A stretch of DNA of 64,000 bases from the NCBI GenBank assembly GCA_045104985.1, contig JBGCDA010000064.1:24127-88126 (forward strand), given 5' to 3'. Made by a program: the position numbers and the translations under genes. Origin of the DNA: Flavobacteriales bacterium (GTDB lineage: Bacteria; Bacteroidota; Bacteroidia; Flavobacteriales_D; Sanyastnellaceae). Numbering within the stretch: the first letter of the stretch is position 1; every line of letters begins with the position of its first letter. Shown here one piece after another: positions 42,374-52,525 of the stretch. A model generated the notes under the pieces. The model was not told the origin of the DNA, searched no databases, and saw only the letters and a list, made by a program, of their open reading frames with translations.

Positions 42374-44230
42374 TTATTCTTCTACCAATTGTTTTTGGTA
42401 AAGTTCAGCGTAATACCCCTTTTGTTCTAAGAGTTCTTCATGAGACCCTTGTTCGGCTATTTCCCCTTTCTCTAATACAAGAATATGATCTGCCAAGAGA
42501 ATGGAGCTTACTCTGTGGCTTATAATCACACTCGTTTTTCCTTTCATAATACGTTTTAGACTAGAAAGAATCTTCTCTTCTGTTTCCGTATCCACAGCAC
42601 TCAAGCAGTCATCAAAAATCAATACGCTAGGATTTTTAATAATAGCTCTAGCTATGGAAATACGCTGTTTTTGACCACCAGAAAGGTTAATGCCTCGTTC
42701 ACCCAATATGGTGTCGAACTTGTCAGGAAAGTCCATGATGTTTTCATAGATATCAGCATCTTTAGCAGCTTGAATTATTTCTTCTTCGCTTATTTCTTCA
42801 CCACTAAAGGCTATGTTATTTCTTATGGAGTCAGAAAACAAAAACACATCTTGAGGAACTGTTCCTATATTGCTTCTTAGATTCTCTAAATTCATGAAAT
42901 TCAGCGGAGTGTCATCCATAGACACACTCCCATCCGTAGGGTCATACTGTCTTGAAATCAGATTAACTATGGTGGATTTACCACTTCCTGTTCTTCCTGT
43001 AATTCCTAGGGTTTTACCCTGAGGAATTCGGAAGGACACATTTTTTAGTGCAGTTATTCCAGTATCTGGATAGATAAAAGAAACATTAGAGAACTCTATG
43101 TCACCATTAATAGGAGGAGTATCTTCATTATCTGAAACTATTTCAGGTTTCGATTTTAAGAATTCGTTTATACGTTTCTGAGAAGCCTCTGCCTTATTTA
43201 CTAGTGAAGTAACCCAACCTACAGAAGCGAAGGGCCATGTCAAAAAATTGACATAAATAACAAATAGAAAAATATCTTCTTCTTCAAAAGGTATGTTAGG
43301 GTCTAAGGCATCTATTCCACCTAAATAGATGGCGAGTACAGTACTTAAGCCTACTAAAAGAACTATTAGAGGCATGAACAGAGCTTCTACTTTTACTAGA
43401 GAAAGCTTCTTGCTTTTATAATCATCACTAGACTCTGTAAATGTGTCCATATAGGCCTTTTCCCTATTGTAAGCTTTTAGTACTCTAACACCACTGGTAG
43501 ATTCCTGTGCGAAAGTTGAGAGGTCACTCTGTTGTTTTTGTACCGCATCGCTTTTTTTGTTTATCAGCGTGCTCACATAATAAATACTAATAGATAGAAT
43601 TGGAAGTGGTAACAATGTGTAAAGGGTGAGCTTCACGCTTACATTCAGCATCTCATATAGTACAAAAGAGAACAGAAAGATCAGATTAAGCGTATACATT
43701 ACAGCAGGTCCCAAATACATTCTCACCTTAGACACATCTTCGCTTATTCGGTTCATTAAATCTCCTGTACTGTTTCTTTTAAAGAAGGATAACGAGAGTT
43801 TTTGGTAGTGAGAGAATATTTCATTTTTTAAATCATACTCTATTCTTCTACTCATTATAATGATAGAAACTCGAGTGAGAAAAAGGAAAATACCCTGCAT
43901 AAAATAAAGTACACCAAATAGTAGCCCGAGGGTTATGCTAATTCTAATAATAAACTGATTAGTAGTTTCTTTTGATGTTCCAGAAGGTAGTTCATTAAAT
44001 TCTGTAATACCATAATCATTCAGTGTTATCACACTTCTAGGCAGAGTGGCAGGGTCTAGAGTTGGGTCTTCTAGAGATTGCAACGCAGATTTCACATAAC
44101 CCAGCCCTTCTCGAACCAACTGTGGAGCATATACCTTAAAGTAGTTAGTAGCCACTATAAATATCAACCCAAAAAGCAGGTGCCATTTGTACTTTAAGAA
44201 GTATTTATTTAAGTGTGAAAGTTCTTTCAT
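42374..44230 (-). CDS. ABC transporter, fused permease/ATP-binding exporter (MsbA-like)
   Basis: Six-TM N half, Walker A GRTGSGKST, signature LSGGQKQRISIARA, Walker B LIFDD. Confidence 0.9.
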   Translation of the reverse strand: MKELSHLNKYFLKYKWHLLFGLIFIVATNYFKVYAPQLVREGLGYVKSALQSLEDPTLDPATLPRSVITLNDYGITEFNELPSGTSKETTNQFIIRISITLGLLFGVLYFMQGIFLFLTRVSIIIMSRRIEYDLKNEIFSHYQKLSLSFFKRNSTGDLMNRISEDVSKVRMYLGPAVMYTLNLIFLFSFVLYEMLNVSVKLTLYTLLPLPILSISIYYVSTLINKKSDAVQKQQSDLSTFAQESTSGVRVLKAYNREKAYMDTFTESSDDYKSKKLSLVKVEALFMPLIVLLVGLSTVLAIYLGGIDALDPNIPFEEEDIFLFVIYVNFLTWPFASVGWVTSLVNKAEASQKRINEFLKSKPEIVSDNEDTPPINGDIEFSNVSFIYPDTGITALKNVSFRIPQGKTLGITGRTGSGKSTIVNLISRQYDPTDGSVSMDDTPLNFMNLENLRSNIGTVPQDVFLFSDSIRNNIAFSGEEISEEEIIQAAKDADIYENIMDFPDKFDTILGERGINLSGGQKQRISIARAIIKNPSVLIFDDCLSAVDTETEEKILSSLKRIMKGKTSVIISHRVSSILLADHILVLEKGEIAEQGSHEELLEQKGYYAELYQKQLVEE

Positions 44231-44234
44231 TTAT

Positions 44235-44243
44235 GCGTTGCAA
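44235..44243 (-). repeat. GCGTTGCAA-family motif, intergenic
   Basis: 4 nt upstream of the ABC exporter ATG (minus strand). Confidence 0.9.
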
Positions 44244-44248
44244 ACTTA
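44241..44248 (-). promoter_or_regulatory. -7 box TAAGTTTG upstream of the ABC exporter, fused to a TTGCAACGC motif
   Basis: The minus strand reads TAAGTTTGCAACGCATAAATG, implying an almost leaderless mRNA. Confidence 0.4.
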
Positions 44249-44271
44249 TACTTAAAAGAACGAAAGAAGTG

Positions 44272-46674
44272 TCAAAATTTGAAATTCCAAGTTACACTAG
44301 GCAGCACTGGAAATAGGCTCACCTGACGAGCTGAAATCTGAACTTCTCCAGCCTGAAGGTTTCCACTATTCACGTAATAGATGAAAAATGGATTTCTCCT
44401 ATTGTACACATTATAAATGCTGAATGTCCAGCTGCTCTGTATTTTTTTCGGTGTTTTAAGCACTGATCCATCTTCTAGTGTACTATAGTTGAATTTTTCA
44501 GAATAACGCGTAGCAGAAAGATCTAACCTGTGAAAGTCTGGGAGTCTAAAGCTATTTCGCTCTGCGTATTCAAAAACTGTTCTGCCTTCTAACACATACC
44601 AGCTCACGGGAGGTGTAAATGCATTTCCACTGCTGTAAACAAAAGCTCCAGAAAACGTCCAAGTTTTAGAGCGCTCATAATTCGCTACAGCGCTAAAATC
44701 ATGTCTCCTGTCGTATTTGGCAGGAAAAGAAATACCACTGTTTAAATCTTCAAAGAGTCGGTCTGTTTTACTCCATGTATAACCGATCCACCCATTAAAA
44801 TCTCCCTTGTTTTTTTTTAGAAAGAATTCTAAACCATAACTAGTTCCATCTCCAAAAACCAGTTGGGAATCTATATTAGTATTTACATTATCCTCAGGGC
44901 GAGCTCCTTCTTTATACTCTACGAGGTTATTCATAGTTTTATAATACGCTTCTATACTAGCCTCAAAATTTCCATCATCTAAATCTCTGAAGTAACCTAT
45001 GGCACTTTGTACACCGCTCTGCGGCTGAATTCTATCCGTAGTAGGTAACCAAGTATCTGTAGGAAGAGTTAGTGAACTGAACGAAGCTAAATGCACGTAC
45101 TGAAAGTTTCGATTAACTCCTAGTTTAATACTGCTCTGTATTCCAGTCTTATACCTGAGAGAAAATCGTGGTTCTAGGCCGCCATATTGAGCTACTATTT
45201 CATTCTTTCCATAAGAGAGAGTATCTCTAGATAATGAGCCAGAAATAGGGGTGAACCTGTCAAACGGACCAACATGCTGAAAAGCAGAAAATCGTAAGCC
45301 AGCATTGATCTTTAGTCTGTCGGAAAACGAGAATTCATCATTTATGTATATCCCATATTCTCTTCCAGAAATTTCTTGAACGCCTCCTGTATCGAATTCG
45401 GTTTCTCCTGAGCTGGCTTCTACACTGCTGGGTGTAAAAGTGTGGTCTATAAATTCTGCTCCAAACTTAATAGAATGCCCAGCTTTAGGGAAATAGCTAA
45501 AGGCTACTTTTCCCGTGAGATCCTTTATTCCTGAGAGTAAGCTGAATTTAAAATCATCTTGGTCTCCTACAAATTCAAACTCGAAATTAGAGTAGGTAAA
45601 GATGGTGTTGGCTACTAGTTTATTCCCGAACTGGTGATTCCATCTAAAAGATCCAGTAGCATTTCCCCAGAGTATATCTGACCCGAAACCAGCGTCTGGA
45701 CTCACAAAACCAAACACATCTTTTCCGAAATATCCGCTTAAGTAAATCTGGTCTTTATCTGAGAATTTATAGTTCAGTTTAGCATTCAGATCATAAAAAT
45801 AATAATCGCTTTCTCTGGCCTGTGAGCCTTCTGGGGCAAAAGGCTTAACTAATACATCTGCATAAGTTCTTCTTCCAGAAATAATAAAGGAAGATTTGTT
45901 CTTTTTTAGGGGACCCTCTAGGGTGAGTCGGCTAGCTATTAATCCTAAACCTCCCTCAGCATGAAACTCTTTATTGTTTCCTTCTTTCAGAGAAATGTCT
46001 AAAACTGAGCTTAATCTGCCTCCGTATTGGGCTGGGATACCGCCTTTTATGAGTTCTATGTTTTTAACAGCATCAGCGTTAAATACTGAGAAAAAACCTA
46101 AAAGGTGAGAGGCGTTATAAACTGTGGCATTGTCTAGAAGAATTAAATTTTGGTCAGGACCACCTCCGCGCACATAAAAACCAGAGTTTCCCTCTCCATT
46201 AGCTTGAACCCCTGGTAAAAACTGAATGGTCTTTAAAATATCTACCTCTCCTAAAAAAGCAGGCAGTGTCTTTATTTTCTCCACTTCTAGAGAAATGGTG
46301 CCCATTTCTGTGCCTTCTGTGTTATTGTTCTTATCAGACTCTACTAGGGCTTCTTCTAGAACAGAAACACTAGAGAGCTCTAGATTGATTTTAATATCTT
46401 TATCTAGAGTTACTTGTTTTTCAACGCTCTTATATCCTATATAAGTGTATTCTACGATGTATTCACCTTTAGCTACGGTGATACTATAGAACCCATATAC
46501 ATCGGTAGTGGTAAACTGAGAATCGCTAAGAAAGATATTAGCGCCTATTAATGTCTCTCCCGAATTAGCATCTGTGAGGGTTCCTGAAATAGTGAAATCC
46601 TGTGTATGTGCAGAACTAACGCAGAGTGCTACTAAAGAAATTAATAAGAAGTAAAGTTTCAAACCTCGATTCAT
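44272..46674 (-). CDS. TonB-dependent outer-membrane receptor with a CarboxypepD_reg-like N domain
   Basis: Signal peptide, SGTLTDANSGETLIGANI, plug region, 800 aa, terminal ..WNFKF. Confidence 0.88.
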   Translation of the reverse strand: MNRGLKLYFLLISLVALCVSSAHTQDFTISGTLTDANSGETLIGANIFLSDSQFTTTDVYGFYSITVAKGEYIVEYTYIGYKSVEKQVTLDKDIKINLELSSVSVLEEALVESDKNNNTEGTEMGTISLEVEKIKTLPAFLGEVDILKTIQFLPGVQANGEGNSGFYVRGGGPDQNLILLDNATVYNASHLLGFFSVFNADAVKNIELIKGGIPAQYGGRLSSVLDISLKEGNNKEFHAEGGLGLIASRLTLEGPLKKNKSSFIISGRRTYADVLVKPFAPEGSQARESDYYFYDLNAKLNYKFSDKDQIYLSGYFGKDVFGFVSPDAGFGSDILWGNATGSFRWNHQFGNKLVANTIFTYSNFEFEFVGDQDDFKFSLLSGIKDLTGKVAFSYFPKAGHSIKFGAEFIDHTFTPSSVEASSGETEFDTGGVQEISGREYGIYINDEFSFSDRLKINAGLRFSAFQHVGPFDRFTPISGSLSRDTLSYGKNEIVAQYGGLEPRFSLRYKTGIQSSIKLGVNRNFQYVHLASFSSLTLPTDTWLPTTDRIQPQSGVQSAIGYFRDLDDGNFEASIEAYYKTMNNLVEYKEGARPEDNVNTNIDSQLVFGDGTSYGLEFFLKKNKGDFNGWIGYTWSKTDRLFEDLNSGISFPAKYDRRHDFSAVANYERSKTWTFSGAFVYSSGNAFTPPVSWYVLEGRTVFEYAERNSFRLPDFHRLDLSATRYSEKFNYSTLEDGSVLKTPKKIQSSWTFSIYNVYNRRNPFFIYYVNSGNLQAGEVQISARQVSLFPVLPSVTWNFKF

Positions 46675-46766
46675 TGGGAGGGTAAAAGTAAAGTGTGGTC
46701 AGCTAGAAATGGCAACTTTTTTATCATTCATGACGTAGAACGATCAGTACTTAACACAACTTAACC

Positions 46767-47171
46767 ATGAAATTAGTTATTACCGTTTGTTTTCACCTGC
46801 TTGCATTTTCCGTTTTTTCTCAAAATTCTAATACTGATTATTTAGACATGTACTTGGATGTTACCAGAAAAGGTGATGCTCACTACGAAAGATATTTAGA
46901 ACAAATAGATGAAGATGTCTTCAAAGCAGAAATTAAAGATCTAACTGGAAGGTTAAAAGCCAAAGGAACTTATAAACAAGTGGAAGGCGAGCTAATACCC
47001 CACGGTAAATTTGTCTTTTTCCATTACAATGGTCAGAAGGAATCTGAGGGCATATTTAAAATGGGGTACAAGGTAGAAACTTGGCAAAGGTTTATGATAG
47101 ATGGGACCGAACGTCCGCCTAAGTATTACAAGTCTGACCTTGGCAATATGATAAAAGAATTAAAGCAATAA
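46767..47171 (+). CDS. Small secreted protein with MORN/YwqK-like repeats
   Basis: Signal peptide, then G.Y......G....HGKF.F.HYNGQKESEG.F..G.K...W pattern. Confidence 0.45.
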   Translation: MKLVITVCFHLLAFSVFSQNSNTDYLDMYLDVTRKGDAHYERYLEQIDEDVFKAEIKDLTGRLKAKGTYKQVEGELIPHGKFVFFHYNGQKESEGIFKMGYKVETWQRFMIDGTERPPKYYKSDLGNMIKELKQ

Positions 47172-47223
47172 TTCTCATCTTCTCCTTCTTCAAAATCATG
47201 GGTAAATAGGCTAAATTTGGCCT

Positions 47224-48855
47224 GTGATTAGAGTTTTATGTCTTTTCTGTTTGGTGTGTGTGTGCGTGGTTTTTTCGCGTTGCAATGGCGACTCAGAACA
47301 GTCTCAAAAAAAAGTATTTCGCTATAATGAAGCCGCTGGAGTGAATACTCTAGACCCTGCCAATGCTCGCTATTTAGAAGACATGAGAGTAATAGATCAG
47401 ATCTATGATGGTCTTTTATATTTAGATGATTCTATGAGGGTAAAACCTTCTTTGGCTAAATCATATAAAGTTTCTGAAGATGGTCTAGAATACACTTTCA
47501 TTCTAAAAGAGAATATTCATTTTACTGAACACGAAGCCTTTCCAGATGAAGCCTCTAGGCAAATTACTGCCCAGGATTTTGTGTATAGTTTTAACCGCAT
47601 TTTAGACAAAAAAGTGGCCTCTCCTGGCATGTGGATATTCAGCCAGGTAGATAGAAATAGGCATGATGGGTTTCGTGCTGTAAATGATTCTACACTGATC
47701 ATCTACCTTAAAGAGCCATTTCCTGCGTTTAGTGGGATCTTAACTATGCAGTATTGCAACGCAGTTCCTGAAGAAGTAGTTAATTTTTACGGAGAAGACT
47801 TTAGAAATAACGCTGTAGGTTGTGGTCCGTTTAAACTAGCTTTTTGGTTAGAAGGAGTCAGCTTAGTGCTGCATAAGAACCAGGAGTACTGGAGGGCACA
47901 GAATGAAGGAAGAGACATTCCGAAATTAGATGCGGTTCGAGTAGATTTTATAAGAGATAAGTCTACCATGTTTCTGGATTTTTTAAAAGGTAAGTATGAT
48001 TTCATTTCTGGTTTAGACGGCAGTTATAAGGATGAATTGCTTACTCAGAATGGTGAACTTAGTCCTGCGTATGCCGAGAAAGTGAAGTTTCAGAAAGTAC
48101 CGTTTATAAAAACAGATTACATAGGTTTATTGGTAGATGACAGCCTACTGTCTCATAATAGTCCGCTGAGATCTAAAGCTTTTAGACAAGCGCTGAATTA
48201 CAGTGTAAACCGAAAAAAGCTCTCTAAGTACCTCAGAAATAACTCTGTGTTTCCTGCAGAAAATGGCTTTCTTCCAAAAGGCTTCGATTCTCATGGAAAT
48301 CATAACCATTCAGGTTATAGCTATGATTTAAAATTGGCTAAGGAGCTAATAACTGCTTCAGGGTTTTCAGATCTAACAGAATCTTTAGTCATAAGTACTA
48401 CTGGTGAGTATGTAGACATATGTGAATATTTACAATACCAATGGGAGCAGCTGGGTATTCCAATAAAGGTAGAAACACTTCAGAGCTCAAACCATAGAGA
48501 CTTGGTGGCCAATTCAGAAATAGAGGTGTTTAGAAAAAGCTGGTTAGCAGATTACAGTGATGAAGAAAACTTTCTAGGGCTGTTTTACAGTAAGAACTTT
48601 GCACCCAATGGCCCCAACTATACCCACTTTTCTAATACAGAATTTGACCAATTGTTTGAGAAGGCCATGACCATCTCCGATTATAATGAGAGAAAACACC
48701 TCTATGGAAGAATGGATAGTCTCATTCTGGAAGAAGCTCCTGTAGTGCCATTGTTCTATGATCAAGTATCTCATTTCTTGAATGTTAGGGTGGTTAATTT
48801 TTCTACTAATTCTGTAAATATGATAGATCTGTCTGAGGTAGATTTAATGGAGTAA
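47224..48855 (+). CDS. ABC transporter substrate-binding protein, family 5 (peptide/nickel type), probable lipoprotein
   Basis: GTG start, signal peptide with Cys (FSRC), and SBP_bac_5-like length and pattern (NTLDPA.., ..WLADY.D..NFL). Confidence 0.85.
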   Translation: MIRVLCLFCLVCVCVVFSRCNGDSEQSQKKVFRYNEAAGVNTLDPANARYLEDMRVIDQIYDGLLYLDDSMRVKPSLAKSYKVSEDGLEYTFILKENIHFTEHEAFPDEASRQITAQDFVYSFNRILDKKVASPGMWIFSQVDRNRHDGFRAVNDSTLIIYLKEPFPAFSGILTMQYCNAVPEEVVNFYGEDFRNNAVGCGPFKLAFWLEGVSLVLHKNQEYWRAQNEGRDIPKLDAVRVDFIRDKSTMFLDFLKGKYDFISGLDGSYKDELLTQNGELSPAYAEKVKFQKVPFIKTDYIGLLVDDSLLSHNSPLRSKAFRQALNYSVNRKKLSKYLRNNSVFPAENGFLPKGFDSHGNHNHSGYSYDLKLAKELITASGFSDLTESLVISTTGEYVDICEYLQYQWEQLGIPIKVETLQSSNHRDLVANSEIEVFRKSWLADYSDEENFLGLFYSKNFAPNGPNYTHFSNTEFDQLFEKAMTISDYNERKHLYGRMDSLILEEAPVVPLFYDQVSHFLNVRVVNFSTNSVNMIDLSEVDLME

Positions 48856-48866
48856 CTGATTTTGCA

Positions 48867-48875
48867 TTGCAACGC
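48867..48875 (+). repeat. GCGTTGCAA-family motif, intergenic
   Basis: TTGCAACGC 54 nt upstream of the ECF sigma start. A TATCTTTA box lies 17 nt downstream of its TTG. Confidence 0.9.
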
Positions 48876-48929
48876 GCAACCTTTACTATCTTTAGAAAGT
48901 CTTTAAACCAAGAAAACAGAACCTAAAGT

Positions 48930-49487
48930 TTGGATCAAGAAGAAATCATAGCAGGGTGTATAAAAGGAAAACGAAAAGCGCAGGATGCTTTTTTCCAGAA
49001 ATACAACGGACTCCTATTCGGAGTATGCCTGAGGTATGCTAAGAATAGATTCGAAGCTCAGGATGTGTTACAAGAAGGCCTAGTTAAGATTTACAAGAAT
49101 ATGGGTATGTACAGCCCCGGGAAATCTTTCGAAGGCTGGATTCGTAGAATAATGATTAATACTGCCATTACCTACTACAGAAAAATGCAGAAGCACGCTT
49201 ACCATGAAGATGTGAGTGAGGTTTCAGTCTCTACTTCTGAAAGTGAGCTGTTTTCTGAGTGTGAATTTACTAAGGAGGAATTACTTGGTACCATAAGTGA
49301 ACTTCCTACGGGATATAGAACAGTGTTCAATCTTTATGTTATAGAAGGTTATAAGCATAAAGAAATAGCTGAACAGCTAGGAATAGATATCAATACATCT
49401 AAATCTCAACTGAGCAGAGCTAAAAAACTATTACAACAAAAGCTGAATGATTTATCAGCTATTAAGTTACCATTAGAAAGAGAATGA
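48930..49487 (+). CDS. ECF-type sigma-70 family RNA polymerase sigma factor
   Basis: Region 2 (DVLQEGLVKIY) and region 4 HTH (GYKHKEIAEQLGIDINTSKSQLSRAKK); TTG start. Confidence 0.88.
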   Translation: MDQEEIIAGCIKGKRKAQDAFFQKYNGLLFGVCLRYAKNRFEAQDVLQEGLVKIYKNMGMYSPGKSFEGWIRRIMINTAITYYRKMQKHAYHEDVSEVSVSTSESELFSECEFTKEELLGTISELPTGYRTVFNLYVIEGYKHKEIAEQLGIDINTSKSQLSRAKKLLQQKLNDLSAIKLPLERE

Positions 49488-50221
49488 AAAATCAAGATAA
49501 CATAACCCAGCTTTATCAAGATGCTTTTAATGATTTTGAAGTGCAAGCCCCAGCAGAGGTTTACACTAAAGTTCAGAATCAGCTTGGGAGAAAGAGCCTG
49601 CTTACGCTCGATCCCACTAGACTAAACGTGTTTTATTTAGCCCTACTGTCAGGTATAGTGGCGTGGTCTATTCTAGGGAATACGTCCGATGCACCACTAG
49701 CGGAAGACTTTAAGGAAAAAACAGAAACAGTTTCTAAAGTTCTGGCAGTGCAGGATCAAGCTTCTACTGAAACAACTTTTTTATCTGATAAAACTGAAGA
49801 GGAGTTTAAAGCTAAGCCAGAGGAGGCCACAGGACAAGTGGTTTTAGCTTCGGAAAGTACTTTAGATCAAATGGCTGAATCTAACATTGTGTTAAGTTCA
49901 GTTACAAATACTCCGATGGAGATTCAAGCTCGTGTAGAATCTGAAAACACTGGTTTAGCCATCGCAGATGAAAACCTTGAAGAGAAAACAGCTATAACTG
50001 GCTTGGAAGAAATCATTCCAGAAGAAAAAGATGCTGGAATAAGTAACAATACCTTATTAAATGAGGTTTCAGAAGAGGAGCCGACTGTGGCAGAAGAGGT
50101 GAAAAGAGCCACTGCGCCCACATCAGTAAATGGCTCAACTCCAGAATCTGCGAAAGCATTTTTAGACGGTTTAAAGCTTGATAGAGATAATCAAAAGGAT
50201 TTAAAATTAAAAAAGAAGTAA
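49484..50221 (+). CDS. Putative anti-sigma factor (single-pass membrane protein)
   Basis: 4-nt overlap with the sigma gene, one TM helix (VFYLALLSGIVAWSIL), and a low-complexity acidic exterior domain. Confidence 0.45.
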   Translation: MKNQDNITQLYQDAFNDFEVQAPAEVYTKVQNQLGRKSLLTLDPTRLNVFYLALLSGIVAWSILGNTSDAPLAEDFKEKTETVSKVLAVQDQASTETTFLSDKTEEEFKAKPEEATGQVVLASESTLDQMAESNIVLSSVTNTPMEIQARVESENTGLAIADENLEEKTAITGLEEIIPEEKDAGISNNTLLNEVSEEEPTVAEEVKRATAPTSVNGSTPESAKAFLDGLKLDRDNQKDLKLKKK

Positions 50222-50258
50222 TTTGAGTATTATTGGCTGCTGCTAATAGGACTAGCTT

Positions 50259-51209
50259 TTGAACACTATTAAGACATATAAGGATTTAGAAATTCTAATT
50301 AAAAGAACCGCTCTTTGGGCGGTTCTTCTATTTATTTCTTCATCTGCATATTCTAGTGTATTAGACTGCATCAGTGATACCCTGATTATAGATGGAATTA
50401 CTATAGGAGTGGAAGTGGAAGAAGAGCCAGAAGATTCTACTTTAATAGAAGATAAAGACAGTATTCCTGCAATTATTCCTAAGAAAGACAGAAACTTTAA
50501 TCTAGGTATGAGTTATACCTATGGCTTAGGCAGGGCAGAAGTGCTAAAAGAAACCACTAGTGATCCAGTTGATCTTTTTATCGGTAATGAAAAAGTGCCC
50601 CAGTCTTTTCAGTCCATAAACGTATTTACAGAAATTTTAAGCTTAGAAAAGCTATCGATTGAAATAGGTTTGTCTCATTCTACTTGGAGCCAAACCTTTA
50701 CCCAAGTAGACAGCGAATTAACGGACATCACATGGGCATTTGATAGCCCTTCAGATGGAAGTTTGTTTCAGATTACTCGTGTGGTAACACCATTAGGAGT
50801 AGAGTTTGATTCCTTAGAGATGAGATTGTCAGAAGATAAGTGGAAACAATCATATATAGAACTGCCCATAACTTTATTAGAGAGACTTACTCCAAAAAAA
50901 AATAAACTTGGTGTTTCTGTAGGCTTATCCATTATTCCAGGTTATAGCTATACTTCTTATGAAGGTACTACATACATACTAAGCCAAACCGACATAGAAT
51001 TATTTGAATCAAGTAAACCGTCTGCTCAGAGATTAAACTTAAGCGGGCAAATAGAAGGAAGGCTAAATAGGCAGTTTACTGACCATATCAATGCGTTTTT
51101 TAACGTAGGCTTCAGAAATAATTTCACAGGTTTGTTTTCTTCTCAAAGCCCCGTTGAACTTAGCAGATCTGTAGGATTTGCTTCTCTGGGTTTACACTTT
51201 TTTTTCTAG
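50259..51209 (+). CDS. Putative outer-membrane beta-barrel protein
   Basis: Signal peptide ALWAVLLFISSSAYS, alternating-hydrophobicity strands, C-terminal ..ASLGLHFFF; TTG start. Confidence 0.45.
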   Translation: MNTIKTYKDLEILIKRTALWAVLLFISSSAYSSVLDCISDTLIIDGITIGVEVEEEPEDSTLIEDKDSIPAIIPKKDRNFNLGMSYTYGLGRAEVLKETTSDPVDLFIGNEKVPQSFQSINVFTEILSLEKLSIEIGLSHSTWSQTFTQVDSELTDITWAFDSPSDGSLFQITRVVTPLGVEFDSLEMRLSEDKWKQSYIELPITLLERLTPKKNKLGVSVGLSIIPGYSYTSYEGTTYILSQTDIELFESSKPSAQRLNLSGQIEGRLNRQFTDHINAFFNVGFRNNFTGLFSSQSPVELSRSVGFASLGLHFFF

Positions 51210-51450
51210 TCGCACAATATTATTAAAGTCACTTACGTCTATAAGGGGAGATTCATTCTCACTTTCTAAATTTGTAAACCTGCAAGTTTCACAGAGCTTA
51301 GAAAATCGTATTAGTTGTTTTGGTTAAGGTAGTTAAGCTCTCAAACGTGGGAGCTTAACTCATTTCCTAATGTTTTTAACAAGTGGCGTGATAAATATCA
51401 CCTGTAGGAGATAAATAATGCTCTGATTTCATTATATTTACATCTTAGTA

Positions 51451-52500
51451 ATGAAAAAACTTTTAGCGATATCCTCTCTTGTTTGCTTAACTGCTTTCAG
51501 CTTTGCGCAAAACCTAGTGCCAAACCCTGGTTTTGAATCATTTACTACCCTTCCTTCTGATTTAGGTCAGTATGATCTTTGTGCTCCCTGGGGTAATGCC
51601 CAAAGTACAGATGCAGATCCTGACTACTATCATCTGAATGCATCACTTCTTGCAGATCTTCCTGTAACCTCAGTGGCGGATGTCTCTCCATATGAAGGAG
51701 ATGCGGTAATGGGATTCACTGCTACTGGTAAATCAGGATCTAATTATAGAGAATATTTAACCGTTAAATTAAACGCTCCATTAACCATAGGAAATAAGTA
51801 CAGAGTTTCTTTTAAAATTACTAATGGAACCATATTTAATCATGCTTTAAGCGGTTTAGGAACAGATAAAATAGGCGTTTCGTTCAGTATGAATGAGCAA
51901 GTGCAATCTGCCAACGCACCACTTAATGCTACTCCAGTTTACGAAACTTCTGATGTCATTTATTCAAGAGCTTGGGAGACCATTCGGTTTAACTTCAGAG
52001 CTACCGATAATTCTGAGTATATCACTATAGGTGTGTTTGGTGATGATTCTGGGAAGAATATTTCTTTCCAAGAAGGGAATTCAAACCTGGCTGAGCTATC
52101 TTATTATTTTTTAGATGATGCAGAAGTAATGCACATTCCTGATGTAATAGTAGAAGCTGAAATTACCGATAGAGACCCTAGATTAACCATAGAGGAAGAA
52201 GTGGAGTCCGATTTTCCGTTTTTTGTTCCGAACGCATTTACACCAGACGGAAACGGAAATAATGATGTGTTCAACATCATCCCTGGTAAAAAAGGAATTG
52301 ACTACACCATATTTGTCTTTGACAGATGGGGTAACCAAATTTACTCAGCTGAAAACGGTAAGCCTGAGTGGGATGGGCGTTGCAATGGAGCTTTGTGTCC
52401 ATCAGACATTTACATTTGGGTCATAAAGTATGAAACTCAAAACGAGGATGGTGAAACTGTGAATAAAGAAGAAACAGGTACTATTCATTTGTTAAGATAG
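51451..52500 (+). CDS. Secreted protein with a CBM4_9-like N domain and a T9SS type B (gliding-motility-associated) C-terminal sorting domain
   Basis: NLVPNPGFE start after the signal peptide. The C-terminus is PNAFTPDGNGNNDVF.......Y.I.VFDRWGN.I........WDG......P...Y.W. Confidence 0.8.
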   Translation: MKKLLAISSLVCLTAFSFAQNLVPNPGFESFTTLPSDLGQYDLCAPWGNAQSTDADPDYYHLNASLLADLPVTSVADVSPYEGDAVMGFTATGKSGSNYREYLTVKLNAPLTIGNKYRVSFKITNGTIFNHALSGLGTDKIGVSFSMNEQVQSANAPLNATPVYETSDVIYSRAWETIRFNFRATDNSEYITIGVFGDDSGKNISFQEGNSNLAELSYYFLDDAEVMHIPDVIVEAEITDRDPRLTIEEEVESDFPFFVPNAFTPDGNGNNDVFNIIPGKKGIDYTIFVFDRWGNQIYSAENGKPEWDGRCNGALCPSDIYIWVIKYETQNEDGETVNKEETGTIHLLR

Positions 52501-52525
52501 ATCATTCTATCTGTTCAGGACATTC

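Noticed and set aside
5260-47290. The motif read as a sigma-54 -12 element (TTGCA) with an upstream -24 GG.
   Set aside because: Where a GG exists upstream (5266, 13662, 47268), the spacing to the GC is 4, 14 and 12 nt instead of the required 10. Most copies have a T-run rather than TGGCAC.
50303-50327. The hairpin AGAACCGC-TCTTTGG-GCGGTTCT plus a T-rich tail as a terminator of the sigma/anti-sigma operon. This would invalidate the start of ORF 50259.
   Set aside because: The same bases encode a convincing signal peptide (KRTALWAVLLFISSSAYS), and no alternative start exists downstream. It was kept as CDS, although partial attenuation cannot be excluded.
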